From contig CAVRUV010000006.1 in the NCBI GenBank assembly GCA_963724455.1, positions 1 to 61,157 on the forward strand: DNA of 61,157 nucleotides, in the 5' to 3' direction. Position 1 is the stretch's first letter. The number at the start of each line of letters is the position of its first letter. This stretch comes from an uncultured Candidatus Woesearchaeota archaeon (GTDB lineage Archaea > Nanobdellota > Nanobdellia > Woesearchaeales > UBA525). The notes under the pieces are model-generated. The model made no database searches. It was not told where the DNA came from and was given only the letters and a program-made list of their open reading frames with translations. The translations under genes and the position numbers were made by a program. Below are positions 58,301 through 61,157 of this stretch, piece by piece.

Positions 58301-61157
58301 AGTAATTATACGTTATATGTTCAAGGACCACAAATTGTTAGACTAGGATACCCTCCAAATGATACTTACACCACACAATACGACATGAACTTCACATACA
58401 ATGTATCCTATAGTTCAAACATGGATACTTGTCAATTGCTCATCAATAACACTCCAGTACTCAACGATACTAATGTAAATGTTGGGGAAATGAAAAATTT
58501 CTTCTATACATTCCCGGTTGATGGTGCATTTGACTGGAACGTTTGGTGCAATAATACAGATGGTGTGGGAGTCTATGGAGATGGAGTATACAACGCAACA
58601 ATTCCGCGTTCAATATACATAGACACCACAGACCCTACAATATCATTGAATTCTCCAACACATAACAGCATACAGAATGAATCTACAATATATTTTACCT
58701 ACACCCCGTCTGATAATTTCGGAATTGGAAATTGTACATTATATGTTGACGATGCGCCAGTTGAAACAAGAACGACTATAGAAAATAACGTAAATGTAAC
58801 AACACCATATATAATGGAAAATGGTGTGCATTATTGGAAAGCTCAATGTTATGATCGTGCAGGAAATTTTGGTTCTTCTACAACGAATACCGTTACTGTT
58901 AATTCAAGCACTAGCGGCACTGGATTCACGTTATACGAAACAAATAATCTTCCTGGTAGTTATTCAAATTATACTTCTGTTGCAAATATTAACTTATCCA
59001 CCACAGTAGATAATCGTGAGAATCGTGTTGTGTATAATCTTGGTGGGGGAGCACTATATGCCTATGCAAACGCCATATCCTTGCCGTTTATGACTAATGG
59101 TGTACTCATCAATCCTAATACTCTTGTCAATTTTAGTGGTTATTTTAGCGCACAAACGGCAAATAATGGTTATGTAACTTGGAAATTCTATCGACATGTA
59201 GGAAGTACTGATCTACTTATTTGTGATTTTGGTAATGATTATACTGGAGGAAGAGTCATTAGTGCAACAGCAAAAACTGCATATCGTGCATCTTGCACAT
59301 CTCCAAATAATTATACTCGCATAAATGGCAATGAGTCGGTAAAATTAGTTGTAGATATTTACAATAGTAATACTGCTAGAAGAACATTCACTCATTTCTT
59401 CGATAACGTTTCTACATACGTGTCATTCAACTTTACAAGGTTGGGCTTCCTTAGTACAAATCTTAGTAGTCCCGCAGTCAATCTTACCGTCGGACTAAAT
59501 GATACTTTCAACATCACCTGTAAAGTAAACTGTACGGGAGGATCGTGTATTAATACACAAGTATATCTTGAAACAAATGCCAGCGGCGTTTGGGTACTTC
59601 TCAACTCAACAAAAACTCCAGTTATCCTCAACAATACAGAAACAAATCCTCACAATCTATCAATAATAGTTTTCCCAGGAAACACCACAGTATTCAAAGT
59701 GATTGCAAATGCTACAGGTGATTTGCTTATTCGATGTAATGCCACAAGTAATTATTCTAATGCGATTACAATGTACTCTGTAAAAATAAGCGTTCAAAAT
59801 ACTGGCGCGCCCACCATCATACTTACAAGTCCATTAAATGGCACTTATGTCTCAACAATTAATGTAAGCTTGAATTTTACGCCGTCTTCAGCTAAAACAA
59901 TACAGAATTGCTCATTATTTATCGGGGGAGTTTACAACAAAACAATGAATGTTACAAAAGATATTACCAACACATTCAATTTAACCAATCCTCCGGATGC
60001 AAGATATGATTGGCTCGTAAGTTGTATAGATTCTTCAAATAAAGTCAGCAATAGTTCTCAATACACATTCACTATAGATAAGATTTCTCCGCAAGTAAAC
60101 CTTTTCACCCCAATAAATAATACTAATTTTACCTCAACAAGCATTCAATTCATTTGGAATGCCACAGATAATGTAGATCCATCACTTAATTGCAATCTGA
60201 CCATAGATGGGTCTGTAAATTCAACGAATGTTGCAAGCCCCAATGGTACAAACGCAAACAAAACTATCAGTGGATTCATGCTTGGTGGGCATAGCTGGAA
60301 TGTAACTTGTATTGATGATGCGGGAAATTCAAATTGGAGTGAAACACGTTATTTCAACATAACAAATATTCCACCAAACGTCACTAATCTCATACCTCCA
60401 ACAAATACTTGGACAAACGCAAATGATATCACCTTTGGATATAATGTTTCAGAACCTGATGCTCCACTTTATGATTATACCAAAAACTATTCAGCAATGA
60501 TTGTCTATAGATCTACAACACTTTCAGGTACCAACTTTCCTAAATATCGTACATGGAGCGGGACTGCGTGGAGCGCAGAAACAGAAATGGCAACATCAGG
60601 AAGTCCTCTGCGCTGGATAAAGATGGCTTCAAGTACTTCATCGATTAGACCAAGAGAAAAAATAGCTCTTACCACAAGTAACGATGCCGGTATTGATGCA
60701 TATGTATGGAATGGTAGTAGTTGGGCGTTAACTGCGAATCTTTTTACAACGACTGCCGCTAGTGCTGCATATCATGATTTTGATATTGCATATGAAAAAC
60801 AGAGTGGACGCGCGATTGCTGTTGCAAATTACAATGCAGCATCGGCAGCTCAAGACTGGCAATATAGCATTTGGAATGGAACAGCATGGAGTGCAATCAC
60901 TATTGTAAATGATGGATCTTATGGTGGAGACGCACTCATTAGCTATATGCATCTTGCAAGCAGTCCCACCACAAATGATATGGCTCTTGCATATGTTGAT
61001 ACTGCATCTAATGATGCAAGAGTGATATTGTGGAATGGAACAAATTGGTACGCTCCGCGAAATATAAGTTTAAACTCTGCTAATAGCGCAACAGACTCTG
61101 TCGGTGTTGCTTTTGAGACTATCACTAATGATATTCTTGCTGTTGCGGCAGAAGGAA
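55337..61157 (+). CDS. Giant secreted surface protein, more than 1900 aa, truncated by the window end (absent from the ORF track)
   Basis: ATG 55337 reads MSRRTIFIVVLTLL... (signal peptide), then Asn/Thr stalks, LYICKDWDF...SDPGF, repeated Ig-like P..TL..P/W.V.C.D..GN units and W[NS]G..W repeats; the same frame is still open at the window end (..DILAVAAEG). Confidence 0.87.
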   Translation, partial: MSRRTIFIVVLTLLCAPMLLALFAILSTTVHASPVEGTYATISNSITPKDQLVIIRILAHPGRSLTISIYDGLNTFRYNGQTVGTAIGFHAQREGEHTLLIKDADTGQTLETLYFLVQNPAPISIAPVDNVASMLNNTNGGEINVTNNSSNSLNTTNNTNSTINTTITTINSTNNQTNNHTTNQTTNITSNASTTSTDSSQEVILPTRTRLVETDKQHYKLGEQVHILLNAPSAELENLKLNIINGPQLLRFIGDMQTDMVFEPRTAGAYRVVVSSDTGDAIDSFIFVVDENEQTVSTTSVNSTNSTNPSNETTLAIVDNTNTIPIDGINLNNNETQYIIDRQVAINNQLILNAEFKKTKQTLKIADSDGNPIDGGFVITKRSTKESFAAPTLDAQSFVINEPVDVDFTPANTTPYNDPIIKHVSVKNLIGSQLKLGLNTVQTATLELPAGVDEHDKSWINAYAVDPTLLNASNVTITVTATGTELYICKDWDFANSACLGVWVKLRDVTPGQNYTITLDSSDPGFGESIPIPSVGWSKTTTTPNDLVTIRMCSDDNCTQTATNFQPGDTVFIVINSSNGFMSGRDGSQLDIYSGADTNILVSYNYPDCPLAVANYVNNCSLNFTIPDDWTGWYYIDSDIHRTTGGTRYISFRTPFTVGDEPVVGDQLQFFADVNRTRPADKFGRNYQVYVNWEANVGVFANISSNAAIKSPHYSAGVGITRIANTSITFTNRTGPYLFNFSMPTTLSDGYGGWYYFEPNLTRNATDNIPDGPVIYGRMIQYQNNTAPNLTNIVGNSPNTTPVSVGMGLMWNTTLNDTDDVDKHALYICNSSAFNYTTFSCMGSVVCKNETWSLGKNIDCNVPANRNMSFNNIGYAFICDPWNCSSSIQTNYSVYNDTISPNVTLITPINPTTINDFTATFNYFPQDDYGFVNCSLYTDAYGVWQSNNISESITNGTNNYFSYTFPDNGAYVWNVLCMDYAGNKAFGSSNYTLYVQGPQIVRLGYPPNDTYTTQYDMNFTYNVSYSSNMDTCQLLINNTPVLNDTNVNVGEMKNFFYTFPVDGAFDWNVWCNNTDGVGVYGDGVYNATIPRSIYIDTTDPTISLNSPTHNSIQNESTIYFTYTPSDNFGIGNCTLYVDDAPVETRTTIENNVNVTTPYIMENGVHYWKAQCYDRAGNFGSSTTNTVTVNSSTSGTGFTLYETNNLPGSYSNYTSVANINLSTTVDNRENRVVYNLGGGALYAYANAISLPFMTNGVLINPNTLVNFSGYFSAQTANNGYVTWKFYRHVGSTDLLICDFGNDYTGGRVISATAKTAYRASCTSPNNYTRINGNESVKLVVDIYNSNTARRTFTHFFDNVSTYVSFNFTRLGFLSTNLSSPAVNLTVGLNDTFNITCKVNCTGGSCINTQVYLETNASGVWVLLNSTKTPVILNNTETNPHNLSIIVFPGNTTVFKVIANATGDLLIRCNATSNYSNAITMYSVKISVQNTGAPTIILTSPLNGTYVSTINVSLNFTPSSAKTIQNCSLFIGGVYNKTMNVTKDITNTFNLTNPPDARYDWLVSCIDSSNKVSNSSQYTFTIDKISPQVNLFTPINNTNFTSTSIQFIWNATDNVDPSLNCNLTIDGSVNSTNVASPNGTNANKTISGFMLGGHSWNVTCIDDAGNSNWSETRYFNITNIPPNVTNLIPPTNTWTNANDITFGYNVSEPDAPLYDYTKNYSAMIVYRSTTLSGTNFPKYRTWSGTAWSAETEMATSGSPLRWIKMASSTSSIRPREKIALTTSNDAGIDAYVWNGSSWALTANLFTTTAASAAYHDFDIAYEKQSGRAIAVANYNAASAAQDWQYSIWNGTAWSAITIVNDGSYGGDALISYMHLASSPTTNDMALAYVDTASNDARVILWNGTNWYAPRNISLNSANSATDSVGVAFETITNDILAVAAEG

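Noticed and set aside
55603-61125. Many short alternative-frame and antisense ORFs
   Set aside because: They are shadows of the long ORF starting at 55337; the same applies to those inside 38081-49678

Overview
This AT-rich window comes from an archaeal genome, most consistent with a DPANN/Woesearchaeota-type organism. The assignment is an inference from PCNA, RadA, zinc-finger RPA, archaeal TrpRS, RNase J, a TRAM protein, a TrmB-family protein, BRE/TATA promoters and giant Asn/Thr-rich surface proteins. The left half mixes housekeeping genes with bacterial-type accessory genes: a FecR plus CHASE2-adenylate cyclase pair, a PAS-GGDEF cyclase, two SET proteins, a U32 plus ferredoxin pair, an AroE-like plus AroK-ASCH pair, and a phage DNA-hypermodification-like protein near radA. 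The right half holds two surface-protein loci, each headed by a translationally coupled small DNA-binding protein: one contains a 3865-aa LamG/Gly-rich protein and the other a >1900-aa ORF that runs off the end. It also has an ORF6N-nuclease pseudogene and a four-member tandem paralog array. The strongest unexplained signal is a dispersed family of four structured intergenic elements at about 2991, 5816 (minus strand), 11546 and 13345. They share one architecture: an outer stem with a CTT bulge, a hairpin capped by a fixed GATT(CA/GG)TGCA loop, and an A-rich junction, while their stem sequences differ but still pair. Other signals are an exact 171-bp tandem duplication of the RPA/Tfx divergent promoter and structured leaders ahead of the radA operon, the TRAM gene and a small lysine-rich repeat protein. 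I recognised no rRNA, tRNA or CRISPR array. All family calls are from motif recognition, without database searches.
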